Positions 1-13,200 of a stretch of DNA of 64,000 bases are shown in pieces (within the stretch, counting starts at the first letter, position 1; every line of letters begins with the position of its first letter). Both the position numbers and the translations under genes were made by a program. Source of the DNA: Bugula neritina (Eukaryota > Animalia > Bryozoa); the NCBI GenBank assembly GCA_964035545.1, contig OZ037767.1:25746628-25810627 (forward strand), in the 5' to 3' direction. The notes below the pieces were generated by a model that saw only the letters and a program-made list of their open reading frames with translations, was not told the DNA's origin and made no database searches.

Positions 1-3000
1 ATAAAGAACTTTTCTAAGTTTTAGAGTATATGCATACACATTGGGAATGTTTGTCCAGAACTAGTTTTAGTAAATATATCTGTTCATAGTGTACAGAATA
101 AGTAAAAGTCCAAATCAGTTCACACTGAGGTTCTGATCTATATTTGGTTAATAATTTCACCTAATTAATTATTTTTAACAAACAATTTTAGACAATCTCT
201 CTTTCTGCATGCAGTATAAGAAAATATAAGACAATGTGTAAACCATGAATATGTTTTACAAAAGCAGTTTAGTTTATGCAAACAAGTATATAAGTGATAA
301 TTATTCTCGTTATCTTTTTGCGTACATCATATTGGTAAACAGACATGCACTTAAAAAAGCCACTTTTGCTTAAAATATCTATCTCTGTAAGAACCTTTAA
401 TTGTTAACGTTTTCAAAAAGCAGCAAAATCAGTACTTCATAAAATACTGCTATGTTAATGCATCAACACAACTTCTTTCACTTACTTACAAGCATATGAA
501 CTGCAAATCACTGGCTATGATAAAATTAAAACAATTTTACATTATTCTTTGCTAATATTACCTAGAATAATCTGTTGGGAAGTATATTTTAGATTTGATT
601 TGGAAAAACATATAAAAGGGATCTAAGCAATAGTTTGAAATAGGTAATAGTTATATAACTTAAAAGCATTATATTTTTCAATTTCTATAAACGATAATAC
701 ATAGAAATATTTTATTTTTACATGAGCTTGTTTTGGACATGTATGTAGCTATAATAAACCCAAGTTAGGTTTGTTTCTTTGCTACATAATTGTCTTTCTA
801 TTTCACTTTTTTGCATTTTCCTGAAAAACTTAAGTATTGAGAGTTGTCTTCTTCTTGTTCAACGCTGGCGTCTGTTGCGCACACTACATCGATGGGCTTG
901 CAGTAATATAGTCTAAGTACCCGACTTTTCACTCGATCCTTTTTATACTGTGTATGTATTTAGTAGATCTTTGATTATTCTGAAAGTTAAAAGTCAAGAA
1001 CTGAGGTAAATTAAAACTTTCCTAGCGACTTTGAGTTGTTGATCAAAGTTTTACCGTTGCCTCATTTGCAGGCAGTGCCAATCTTATTCTTATTGTTATT
1101 GTTAATGTTATTGTGTTGCTGTGAGTATAATTTGAATGAGTAATTGTAAATAATAATAATTATTATAACTCAAATTGATTTAAAATTTGCTGTTGCTTTT
1201 GATTCCTGTATAACTTAAATAATTACCCAAAAGCTAGCTGCAGTCATTTGTAATTGTTATGCCTATCGCCCTATCGGCTATCACTATCGGTATCAGGTAA
1301 AAACGAATATCAATATGAATATCATATTCATTATGATTATCAATCTGAATCTCAATCTGAATCTGAATTTTAAAACTGAATCAAAATGTGGATAATCACT
1401 ATCATAATGATATTAAACTTGAAGTTGATATTAAATTTAATTCCTTAAGCTTCCTTAGGCTTAAGTTAAGGCTAGGCCTAAGCCTCTTTTTTAGGAATAC
1501 CTCAAAATGAAAATGAATATAAATGTTGAATAGTAATACTAATATTAATAATAGTAATACTAATACTAATAGTAACACTAGTAATCATTTTTAGATTTAG
1601 TAATAATCATCAATACATTTTAAAAATAAAATAATAAAATACAAAGTAACAAATTTACAAAATTATCAAATTCAATTATTAATTAATATTATATTTATAA
1701 TATAAATAATTGATACAGTAAATAAATATATAATTATAAATATTATCATTATGTATTGATACATTTACTATTATCAATATGACTAGGGGGAGGTCAGGTT
1801 GATAATGAATTATCAATTAATATTAATGATTTGCTCAAAGTCAAAGTCAATATTAGTTAATAATTGCAGTCAATTTGAGTTGTAACTAGTAGAAAAATTC
1901 TGTGACTTATGAAATGATTTTGAAGCATTAGTAAACTATAGTTGCAATTTATCTGAATCAGTAGACTACTTTGCTAGGAGTTGATTGTTAAAAACTAATA
2001 CTTTGGAATTTATTCATAGTATATGTTACCAGTGTGCACTTCTCATTGAATGGAATTTTATTCTTTGATGGGTCATGGTAATCCAAACTCACTTGGGCTA
2101 AACACTGAGTTTCAATGTGAGTCACTGGCACTCACTAAAAGTTTTATATCAACTCTCAAGAGTATTAGATTTAACCTCAAGGTCACTATTCACTATACCT
2201 ACCAGTAGCATATGTAACTTAGAAACTATGTGTGCATATAAAGCTAAATTCTTGGATAGAAACATATATAATACTAGCATAATTGACAATACACATTCAC
2301 AATGATCTATTCTGTTTAGCATGTGTTTTTAATAGCAGGTTTTCATACATTTTCTCTTGTGATTTTCGTTCTTTTTTGTAACAAGTTTATTTATGTTCAA
2401 GTAACTTTTTCATTCTTTAAGTCAAGTTTAGAGCTAAATTTTTTAAATACATACATTTGTCGCTGAAATATAAGCTTTCAGTTTTTTATGGAAATAATGT
2501 TTTTGCTGATGAAGGTTTGCAATCTGTTGATTTCAAGTCAAGCTAAGATTTATCTATTATAGTCAAACAAGGTCTTAAACCAAGCTATTCACGGTGGTAA
2601 TATATCTTAATAAAAAATCCCAGTCCAACTGTGATGAATGGTGAAATATACACAAACATAAATAGGCAGCATCAAATTTAGATTGATCATGTAACAACCA
2701 AAATTATTATTATTACTAAATTGCTTTATGGCAACTCCTATGTGTAATTGTAATGGCTTTGCTGATAAAAGATAATCATAATACTAACATAAACTAGAAA
2801 TAGATTACTTCAATCTCATCTTAGATTTGCTTCAAGTTCAAAGTTAGTTTATCGATGTCAGTATGCATATTTTATAGAACAACTATGGTTTTATTTTTAT
2901 CTAATCAGTCACGATAAAAGTAATTATTATGCGATGATATTGCCAAAATATCAAAGCAACTTGTTTTGTTTTAATAGGAAATTACCATAGCTATTATTTA

Positions 3001-4208
3001 CTACAAACATCAAAAATAACTGATGACAATTTTTATTTTTATTAGTGATCATAATTATTGTGGTTATATTCATTAAGTACCCTATTGTACATATGACCAA
3101 AAATTTTATAAAACATTACAAAAGGGCGTCTGAAAGTGACCCAAACTACCAACACAAGAAAAAGGTTATAATTATTCCTAACCATCTTCACCTTGCCACA
3201 ATAAAATTGAGCAAGCTGTTGATTGTATTGAGGACATACTTGTACAAAATACACTATAAATTCATTTTGGCTGGGTTTAAACTTCGAAGCTATGATTGAG
3301 TTGTCACCAAGATGTTTCTGCAGGGTTTACCATTACACAATTGTAATTGAGTAGCCCTGCTTTAAAATCAAACTAGAAATTGCTGGTTTTTTATGAGCAT
3401 TTAGTAATTTCTTTACAGCCTATAGCTGTTTGAGAATTCGATAAGTATATGCCAGCAGTAGGGCAATATTAGTTCATGTGACCTGCTGATGTTTGTTAAT
3501 TCAGTTTCATCAAATGATGGGTTTGCTGATAGCCCTTTGGGAGATTTCCTTATTAGATAAGCCCTTCACTTATACTTTTACTCTATTTTTAACTAGTCAA
3601 TTCTTTTCTGTCTCGTTCACTTACTTGGCATTTTGAATGTATGCATCATGGAAGTTTAAAACAAAAAATTATATGAATTACAATAGTAACCATACAGGCT
3701 GTCATAGCTAAACAATTTGCCAAATTAATTGTTGTTCCACCAACATATACCACAACTTAGAATTTAAGCTTTGCACAAATGTGACATGTGCACATACAAG
3801 TATAGCTGTACTCATAGTGATTGTATTTCTTTATGGAGTTTGAACTCTCCTTCTTTCAATGTTAAACTTAGTAGCAAGTTACAGAATGATACGAGATAAT
3901 TATATATGTATGGAAGTTACTCATGTTATATATAGTCTACGCTGCTAAGATATGTTATGGTTCACTGCCGTCCACCCTAGACTCTCCCCTAATTTTTCAT
4001 GTCTTGTCATGTTTGTAGGACAGGAATGTGTTAGTCATATCTCAAGTGGTGACTCATCTCTTCTCAGAGTTTTCTTGTAAATTTGGAATTATTCAACACA
4101 TGAAACAACATAAAATTGCCCTGCCAAGGTGTGCCCCAGCCCGACTGTTTATACAGCCAAGTATGTATTAAGTGGAAACATGTATAAGTGGCAGTAAACT
4201 TATTTACT

Positions 4209-7200
4209 ATGTCTTCATCGCCTTCTCCTGTCGTGCAACCTCGGCCAAAGCCTCGTGGGGCCAAGGTTAGAGCATTTATCGAGTCAGTAGAAAGGGGTTC
4301 CAAACCACAACCAGATTTCTTCAACACTGAGGCTACCCCAACATCACCAAAGAAAGACCGAACCAACAGAGCCAGTAGATATGGAGCATCCAAGGCTAGA
4401 GCTCAGTCTAAAATCAAACCTCCCTTAGTGCAGAAGAAGCCCAACTCGGCTCACAAAACAGAAGTTGTCAAAAGAAGGAGCGCGAGGGAACGGCCATCGT
4501 CTCAGCCCCCTCCTCCCCCAGTTGTCTGTAAAGAACCACAGACTGCAGTTGAGGAATATGAGGCTATATGTGACACAAATTGTCCCAGTGAGGACAGTGG
4601 ACACTCTACATGCGACCTCAAGTACAGTGGTGAGTATAAGTAAGATCACAGTCTAAAGATTTGCCATTTGTGTTTACATTCATCTTTGGTTACTTGATAT
4701 TTCTATTTCTTACTGCTACATGTAATATATTCTGTTTTTCACTTTGATCTTATTACGCACTGCATAATATTTACACAATGGTAGCATGTAAAGTCCAGCC
4801 AAGGCATATAATATTGTTATCTCATGAACTCTGCTCACAACAAAGTAAATTTAGTGCCTTCTGAAACTAGTTATTCAATGGGTCTGAAATCATTCTTTAT
4901 ATTTCCTCGTGATGGTTATTGTTCGTGAATGAAAGAGTTCTTTATATTTGCCAATATTTTAATGGTATTATTGCTAATTGAGATGAATATAAAGTTATAG
5001 TGTTCTATGCTTGCACTCAATACCCGTGTGACCCAATAACCTTGTTGGTAGCCCTTTACTCCTAGTCTGTAGTTAGGGAAAATAAGGGGGGGGGTGCACC
5101 TTTGTTGTATAAGCTACATCTATGGGCAATTGCACCTCTACAACTAAGGTGAAGGTCATTGTCAACTCTTGACACCCAAAGTTTGATGCTTTTATATTAA
5201 CTCTAAATTTCTATTAGGCTGCTTCTGAAATGGTTATATGATGAAAAATATATCACCAAGCCAAAATATATGAAATTCAGGATTTTACAACTTGGAAAGA
5301 CAAGAAAACATACTTGTAAAAAATTCATTAAAAGTCATCATCTCTTGATAAAAATGTTGAAATGTCTTGAGTTGTATAGGACTATGCATGTCAGTAGGTA
5401 TTACACTAATTTGCTCTGAGATTAAATCAAATCAACTTCCAGGTAAAGGGCTGCTTTGGGTTTCTTTAGAATTTTAACCCTCTTATCGTCTAGTAAATCT
5501 TGACAATGACATACTACTACTAGTAGCTACTCCATGTCTTTAAATGTACCCATCCAAGATGTAACTCAATCTTTACAGTTTACTGGAGACATGCAATTAC
5601 TTTAATCTGAAGGAAAATATTTGAAGAGCATCAAATTATTGTTTTTATGATCTTGTTTATTGAATGATTCATCATAATTGTTATAATATATATCTACTGT
5701 GGACTACAAAAGACGCAGCTATGCTTTCCTCTCCAGTACTACTTTCCACGTAGCTTCACGCGCATGAGTCATTACTGATCGAGAAATCAATAGAATGTTT
5801 GTGGTCATTTCATTGGCCAATATGCAAGTCATGAGCTTCAACCTATCTCTCTCCAATGAAATATGTCAGGACTTTCGTCATTATTCACATTGTTTCGCTC
5901 TTTCATAAGAAAATCGTTATCTTATTGCTTAACTCTTTATTATATTATATGCCTTTATATTAATGTGCACTTGAGTGTAAAATTGAAAATGTAAAAGTAA
6001 ATTATAGGACCATTTAAATAAAGGAATTCTTTCTGTTTGTTTGCGTAGTATAAAATGGGTGGACAGTTGCATATAATAACCAGTAAATTCAAGAGACTAA
6101 TAGTTGCAAGATGAGTGGACAACACAGTCATGCTGGTCAACTTCTAAGCCAAATCTTCACTTGTTACTTTATGTTAAATGGTGTGGGCCAAAACTCTTTC
6201 ATTTAGCCAGGATTGCCAAAATAACAAATCAACAGTTAGTGGTGCGTGGTGAGAAATAAGTGAGCCACTGAAATACAACTCCCCTAGGATTTCTAGTTCA
6301 ATGAAGTGAACAGCAGTACCCTCAGTGCCTTGTGGTAGAGTAGGTAGGCTGTGTGGGTGTTGGTAATCTGTATAATCATAGTGTAGGTATTCAACTAGTA
6401 GTCACTGGGTTAAGACACCTCAATATATTATACTACATAGTTCCTATTCATACCGGGTTAATATTGTTATGTGCAGTTTTGATAGTTTAGGAAATAGGTC
6501 TTGGGTGAAACACCTCAGTATATTCACACCTCAGTATATACTACTCTTACCTATAGTTAATATTATTGTTTTGTGCCATCTTGATAGTAATAGTAATACT
6601 ACTCTACAGTTCCTAAAATCTTCATGCTAGTTTTACCACTAGATGTCAACCACCATGCAGGGAGATAAGAATGCCATAGTTGCATGCAATGTGCCCTGCA
6701 TACAAGTATATTATACATGTAGTAATAGTGCTTTATTCACCTGCTGTTACTTCATAAACCTTGATTTAGATTACATTAATATTTTACTTCAACACTACAT
6801 GTTTGCATATCAACAGGGAAGTACTGCTGATATTATATAATTATATTAGCTGTAGTTCATCTTTACTCTGTCTCCTGTCCCATATTGTTACTAAATTCTG
6901 CTAACTGTGTGAGTATTTCACCCTCTAGGGTCTATATCCAGCACCCAAAGCAGCAGCCATGACCCCAACTACCAGGTCTTACCAGAGTTGGATGACGGCT
7001 ACTCGGAGCACACAGCTATTGCTGCCAGCACCACTGACGGCACCAGTGATAGTACCGTGCACAGCGAATATTGTCTCGCTGACGATGTAGCTGCTGACCC
7101 TCCTACTTCCAGCAAACCACCTGCTGGGCATGTCAGTAAGTGTCACATGTCGCTTCCTACTTGTGACAGCTAGTGTATGCTACTATATTTTCCTAGTCAA

Positions 7201-10200
7201 AGGGGGAATAACTCCACTCTTGTTTCAGAATATGTTGGATTGGTTCCTTTCTGTAATCTTACTATGCTCTACGAATCAAATGCTAAAGTTAAGTTCATTG
7301 AAATTTGTTCACTAAAGACTAAAGTAGCTGTTTTGGAACACATGGGAATAGCAGTTCAGTCTGACATAATATGCAGCCACTATCTCTACCAGATAGAGGC
7401 TGTGCAGCTCTGTACCATGCATAGAGGGTTCTTTTAGCAATGTCTCTTCTACACCAAAGAGCTAGCTGTGGTTTAATGATCTCATCACATGATTGTTAAC
7501 AAATCACTCAGTAAAATCAAACTGGGAGGATAGTTCTAGTTGTTGCCATGGTGCAGGGGTTAGCCTTCACCCCTCTTCCTGTATTGTGTTCAGTGGATTA
7601 GCATAACAGCATAGAATTTCACTATAGAGTTAGTTGACATTGTACAGCAAAAGGGCAGCATATAGTCTAGTATAGTAGTTGTGTTGAAGGCACCTTATGT
7701 GTTCCTGTCACAATCCGTTAATTGATTTATTCAAAACAACTTATTATGCTAGCTGTACATGCATTAATTATTATATAATATTACATTTCCTTCTTATGCT
7801 GTAATAGTGAACACCTTTACAACCATAGCTGCATGTGGGAACCTTGCTAATGTTGTAACTAGTTCTCTCCACTCGCCTTTCATCCAGGCTAGATGTAAAT
7901 TTATGGTGTCATATTTTGTTTGCTGGTGTTAATTGATTGATTTATTGGTTTCGTAGATATTAAGTTGTAAGCAGTTATTATTCTGCCAGTCGTGACATTC
8001 TACTAGCTAGTTACTAGTTATCTTGTGATGGCAGCCAAAGCCAAAGATGAGGCAGGTCTTAGTGCCAGCATATGCTGGTAAAGATAAACCACTCAGCCTT
8101 CACAAGGAAGCTGTTGTGTTTCTTCACACATCTATTTGTTTTAACTAATACGATTTACCTACTTTATTGTACTGATTGCCATACCCTGCAGTACGTGTAG
8201 CTCCGTGTACACTAACCTACTTGACTTACTCTACTCTGCATCATTCACTTGGCCCAAGTAGGCTAGTCCAAAACCTTTGCATATTTCCCTGCTGATTCAC
8301 ACATTTACCTACCATTGAACTCTGTATTATCTACTAACTAGATAATACTAGACACAGATAAGTGCACTCCAAGTACTCTCTTCAGTGTCTCCACTTCCTT
8401 CCCCTCTATCCAGTCTGATTATGGCGGCCATGTTTTCACACTGTGATGTCTAATGCATGTTTCAGTTTAATTCATCTTTCCCCAACCACTGATCTTTGGT
8501 GAGCTACAAGTTAGTTCTATTCCAAATGCTTATACTCCAGATGCAAAGGTGCAAGGTAACACAACTCTGCAGGATTTAGGAATAATAATTGTTTTAGTGA
8601 ACTGGTAAATGTGAGAAAATAACTCCATATTCAGTGTCTAGCTAGGCTTTTGGCTGGCTCACTTTACTAATACAATGAAAGTACTAGCCAGCATAATCCG
8701 ATATATAATGTGCGTATAGTAATAGAAATATTATAGATGGTGTATCGTTACATTAAAAAGAAATCATCTGGGCATTGTATAAAGACAAGTATTAGTAAGC
8801 AAACTATGTAAGGACCTCTAAATTATTATAGTATGGCTACAGTTAAACTGAGCTCCTACTGTCATACTAAGTTCCTACAGTTATACTGAGCTCCTACTGT
8901 CATACTAAGTTCCTACTGTTAGACTGAGCTCCTACTGTTAGACTGAGCTCCTACTGTTAGACTGAGCTCCTACTGTTAGACTGGGCTCCTACTGTTAGAC
9001 TGAGCTCCTACTGTTAGACTGAGCTCCTACAGTTATACTGAGCTCCTACTGTCATACTAAGTTTCTACTGTTAGACTGAGCTCCTACTGTTAGACTGAGC
9101 TCCTACTGTTAGGCTGAGCTCCTACTGTTAGACTGAGCTCCTACTGTTAGACTGAGCTCCTTCTGTTAGACTGACCTTCCGCACTAAGTTGATAAGTTCT
9201 CAAAATTATTATTTACTAAAGTTAAAAAGCTCTACTTATACGTCATCAATGCATTCAGTTTATAAGTGTCAGGTAAATTTTAGTTTGTCAGCCAAAAATC
9301 TCCCTTCAATATAAATACTGATGCTTCCCTAAAAAAGTCGTGTAACTCTACTATCTTTGTAGCATGTATTTCTTGAGAAGGTTTATATCAAAGTTTCTGT
9401 TTTCTTGGCTCCTTTTTTAGTGTCTTAACTCATGTCTGGTCAGATATAAATGGTTTTATCATCAACCATTTCCTATTCCAGAGTTGAATATACTATAATT
9501 TATACAAATACCTGCATACATTGCTGCGTGCAATGAGAAGTTTGTTTACTGGAAGGGGGGGGGGTAAAGCCCTTACAACACAAGACTAACTCTAATCATA
9601 CTGGTAATCATCCTCTCAATGTTATTTTTAGTAGATGCTTCAGCAATACCAACTCTACTGTTATACATAATGATTATGTTTAGGTTAAAAGTAGCAAACT
9701 AATATACTGTCTCGGGGTGTTCTTGTAACAAGAGAAGGTATTTTATGCTCTGTATAACTTATATTGTTTGGTTTGTAGGAACCCCATCTCGAGTATATCA
9801 AAGTACCTACAGGTGCCACGTGCCAGGGAAACTCATGGGCACCTTACCCAGGGATAAAAGGAAAGCTGCCTTCATTGGTAAAGCTGTTGCCAAGGGACGC
9901 AATACACTGAAAAAGAAGGCTTCAGGCGATAGGGTTAGTATATCTAGTTATTCAATGGTATCTATTGCTTTTATTGGGTGAATGGTTGTGTTGGCCGCTA
10001 CCATTGGCTGTTACTATAATCAGGCAGCATTATTTGAATGGGTATATGTGGCAATATAGCGGATAAGAGCTGTAAGATAGCTGAGTTGTTTATGGTTACT
10101 TCAAGAAAGCTCTATAATAATTGACATTTCACCTGTTTTAGTATTACACATACCTTTATAATATAGCATAATTGGATTTAGATATTAAATTGTATATTAC

Positions 10201-13200
10201 ACTATATTATACCTTGTGTAATATATAGTGCAATATATAATGAAGTCATACTTATTAACTCAATCATATAACAGTCTAATATTACAATAATATAATATAT
10301 AATATAATATAATATGGCTGTTACAAAAAGGAGAAATAAGAGTGAGCATGTTTTAATCAAATACAGAAGAAAATGCTGTATATTTGACATAATGATTATT
10401 GGCAGTGAAAGTCAAAGCCAAGTGTTTATGTATCCACACACATATGATAGCACTTACTCACAACTATAATGATTAGACCAGGCAGTATAATAAACATATG
10501 ACATAATCAGTATAATACCAGTCACTTTGTAGCGACTAGCTAACAGAATTTACTGCAGTCTTCATATCCCAACACTGGGCTGGGTTAGTTACTCAGCATA
10601 ATCTCACTATAAACCCAAGTATTGCTGCTAATATGTTGAGATTTGCCTACTCATTGTGGTGGTGCTCATGAGTCAGTGTGTTACTAGCCATCTTCAATTA
10701 CGCATTGTGTAGCATTCTAGTTTGATGTGTGTAATGTATACATAGTTTACATCGTGTGATGCCAATGTAAGGGTGTGTGTGTGCAGATATTTGTTGTTTG
10801 GGCGAGTGCAATGCTATGCACATGTTCTAGGAACTTCTTGTAATGTGGGAGGTAAGTGGTGGGGAATTGATGTATAACTGCATTATCCCTGTCAGCATTA
10901 CTAGCTAGTAGTTGTGAATCAAATATTAGTTTGTAAATTGTCATATATATGTAATACATACCATACAATAAGTCTCATGTATGTGTTGTCTGTATTATAG
11001 TTGTCTTTTCTCTGTATTATAGTTGTCTTCCCTCTGTATTATAGTTGTCTTCTCTCTGTATTACAGCTGTCTTCTCTCTGTATTACAGCTGTCTTTTCTC
11101 TGTATTACAGTTGTCTTCTCTCTGTATTACAGTTGTCTTCTCTCTGTATTACAGTTGTCTTCTCTCTGTATTACAGTTATCTCCTCTCTGTATTACAGTT
11201 GTCTTCTCTCTGTATTACAGTTGTCTTCTCTCTGTATTACAGTTGTCTTCTCTCTGTATTACAGCTGTCTTCTCTCTGTATTACAGTTGTCTTCTCTCTG
11301 TATTACAGTTGTCTTCTCTCTGTGTTACAGTTGTCTTCTCTTTGTGTTACAGTTGTCTTCTCTCTGTATTACAGGCCTACGACTCTGGAACTCTCAAGTC
11401 ACGTAAATCAGTCAAGTCAACACTTGCTGACTCGATGACTCACTCGGAACTTGATGTGTCTGACTCAGATTTTGATACAGACTTTGTAAGTTTCATGTTT
11501 CACTTTTCTATAGTCATTCTGTATTGTATTGACTCACACACAGTGGCCTACTGCTCTCACTATTCAGGGCATGATGTGACATCACATGTCACACTATTAT
11601 ACTAGTTGTCACAGTATTATGAATATTATTATAATATTTTTTTAGTAATAAAATATGCACTAATAAAAGTAATCTTTCGATTCAATAGTCCCTTTTATTC
11701 CTTGATATACTTTATATTTGCCAGTCCGACTCTGAATGGGAAACTGATGGAGAGCAGTCATCTGACGCAGCTAATATTTCTACCGACAATCACGCCCACT
11801 CATCAACCGCAACACCAGTGCCAGGGGAGGCAACTGCTAATTCTGAGCTTAGACTGGGTCTTAACGCTGGTGATGAGAATGTTTACGAAGGTATAGACTT
11901 GCCGTCCCCTGAATATCGTCCAACTATAGTAGGAACCTCAAGGTTTTATACTGCGGAGGATGAGGAAGACACGGGCAAGAAACTGGTTCACATCATGCGG
12001 AATAACATTAATAGAAAGGAGAGTAAAGCTCGATTCAAGAGAAGGTATGTCCATTGATCTCTTCTAGTCTTTACTGTTCGGGAAATATATCGTTTATTTG
12101 GCCTAGAGTTTTTCTGCCAACACTAATGTTAGGATTGCCGAGAGTGGTATACTGCACAAACTGTATTATGTTCTGCAGTGTCATGGTGTAGCCTTGATTT
12201 TAGTGTCAGAATATGGAGTGTTACAGGAATTTAAATGGTAAAATTCGTATAATTTCAGTCTCAATGGTTTGTGTGGAGAGATCAAACATGTATATTTGGT
12301 TGTGATTGGTTATATGCTGTACAGTATCACATACAAACGAGTTGTGTGGGAACAGTTGTTGAGATGTGAGAGAGAATGAGTTGCTGTTTAAATCTTGTGT
12401 CATGCTTCTCTCACTGTTTTATTCTGTGATGATTTTTTAGATTCAACTCATTCAAAGGAAACATCATTCAAAGCTCCAACAGCAAGTTAGCTGCAGTAAA
12501 AACGTTTATAAACAAGAAGCTAAAAAAGCCAAGTCTGCCGAAACCTGACTATCAGAGTGGGATGTCTCACCAGGAGTACGGTGACGTTACCGGCAGCGAT
12601 CTCTCTCTGGACAAGGAAAAGTCAGCGGTTGACTCGCACAGCATATCCAGCTACAGCAGCGTATCCACACAGCAAACTGACTCTAGCATTGCTATGGCTG
12701 CTATCACGCATCTCGTACCAAGACCTAAACATAATCAACAGGATGTGAGGGCTAAAACGCAGAGCTTAGGGGCCATATTGGAGCCGCCCCCAATTCCTCC
12801 TCGTGCAGCAACTAGATCTCAGTTTATGTGAGTTTTTCATAAGTCAGTTAATCCTGGTATGTAAACAGATGAGATAAATAGTATAACTTTCCCAGCTGCT
12901 ATGTAACAAGGTGGTGTATTCAGTATTCTGTAGGTCTTATTTGCATATGGTTCTGAAAACCTTCACATCTGTATTGGCTTTCATCATCTCTAGAAATTAT
13001 GCGTATTGATATATGTTGTTGTAGCCCTAAATCCGTAGAATTAGATCACCTACCCCCACCACCCCCACCTGTTCGTACAACTTCTAAGGGACTCGACGAC
13101 GGTTCGGCAAGTGGTAACACTCTTGGCATATCTCCAGCTGTGGGGAGGAAATCCTCTGGAGCCAACAGCTTAGGGGGGTCAGTCGTCCACCACTGTGTTA

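Noticed and set aside
840-1010. Putative non-coding first exon or promoter of the ephexin gene (CpG-containing patch, GAG|GTAAAT at 1006)
   Set aside because: Plausible but not supportable without transcript data.
6330-6540. Possible degenerate SINE remnants (also about 44640-44830)
   Set aside because: Only a vague A-box/CORE-like resemblance, with no definable ends or TSD.
8837-9174. Regular repeat arrays (also 18032-18441) as CRISPR-like loci
   Set aside because: The units are head-to-tail with no unique spacers, there are no cas genes, and the context is a eukaryotic intron.
11001-11605. Three hydrophobic repeat ORFs as standalone membrane-protein genes
   Set aside because: They arise from a stop-free 22-bp minisatellite and start at TTG. 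Only the portion from 11375 to 11485 fits the ephexin exon chain.
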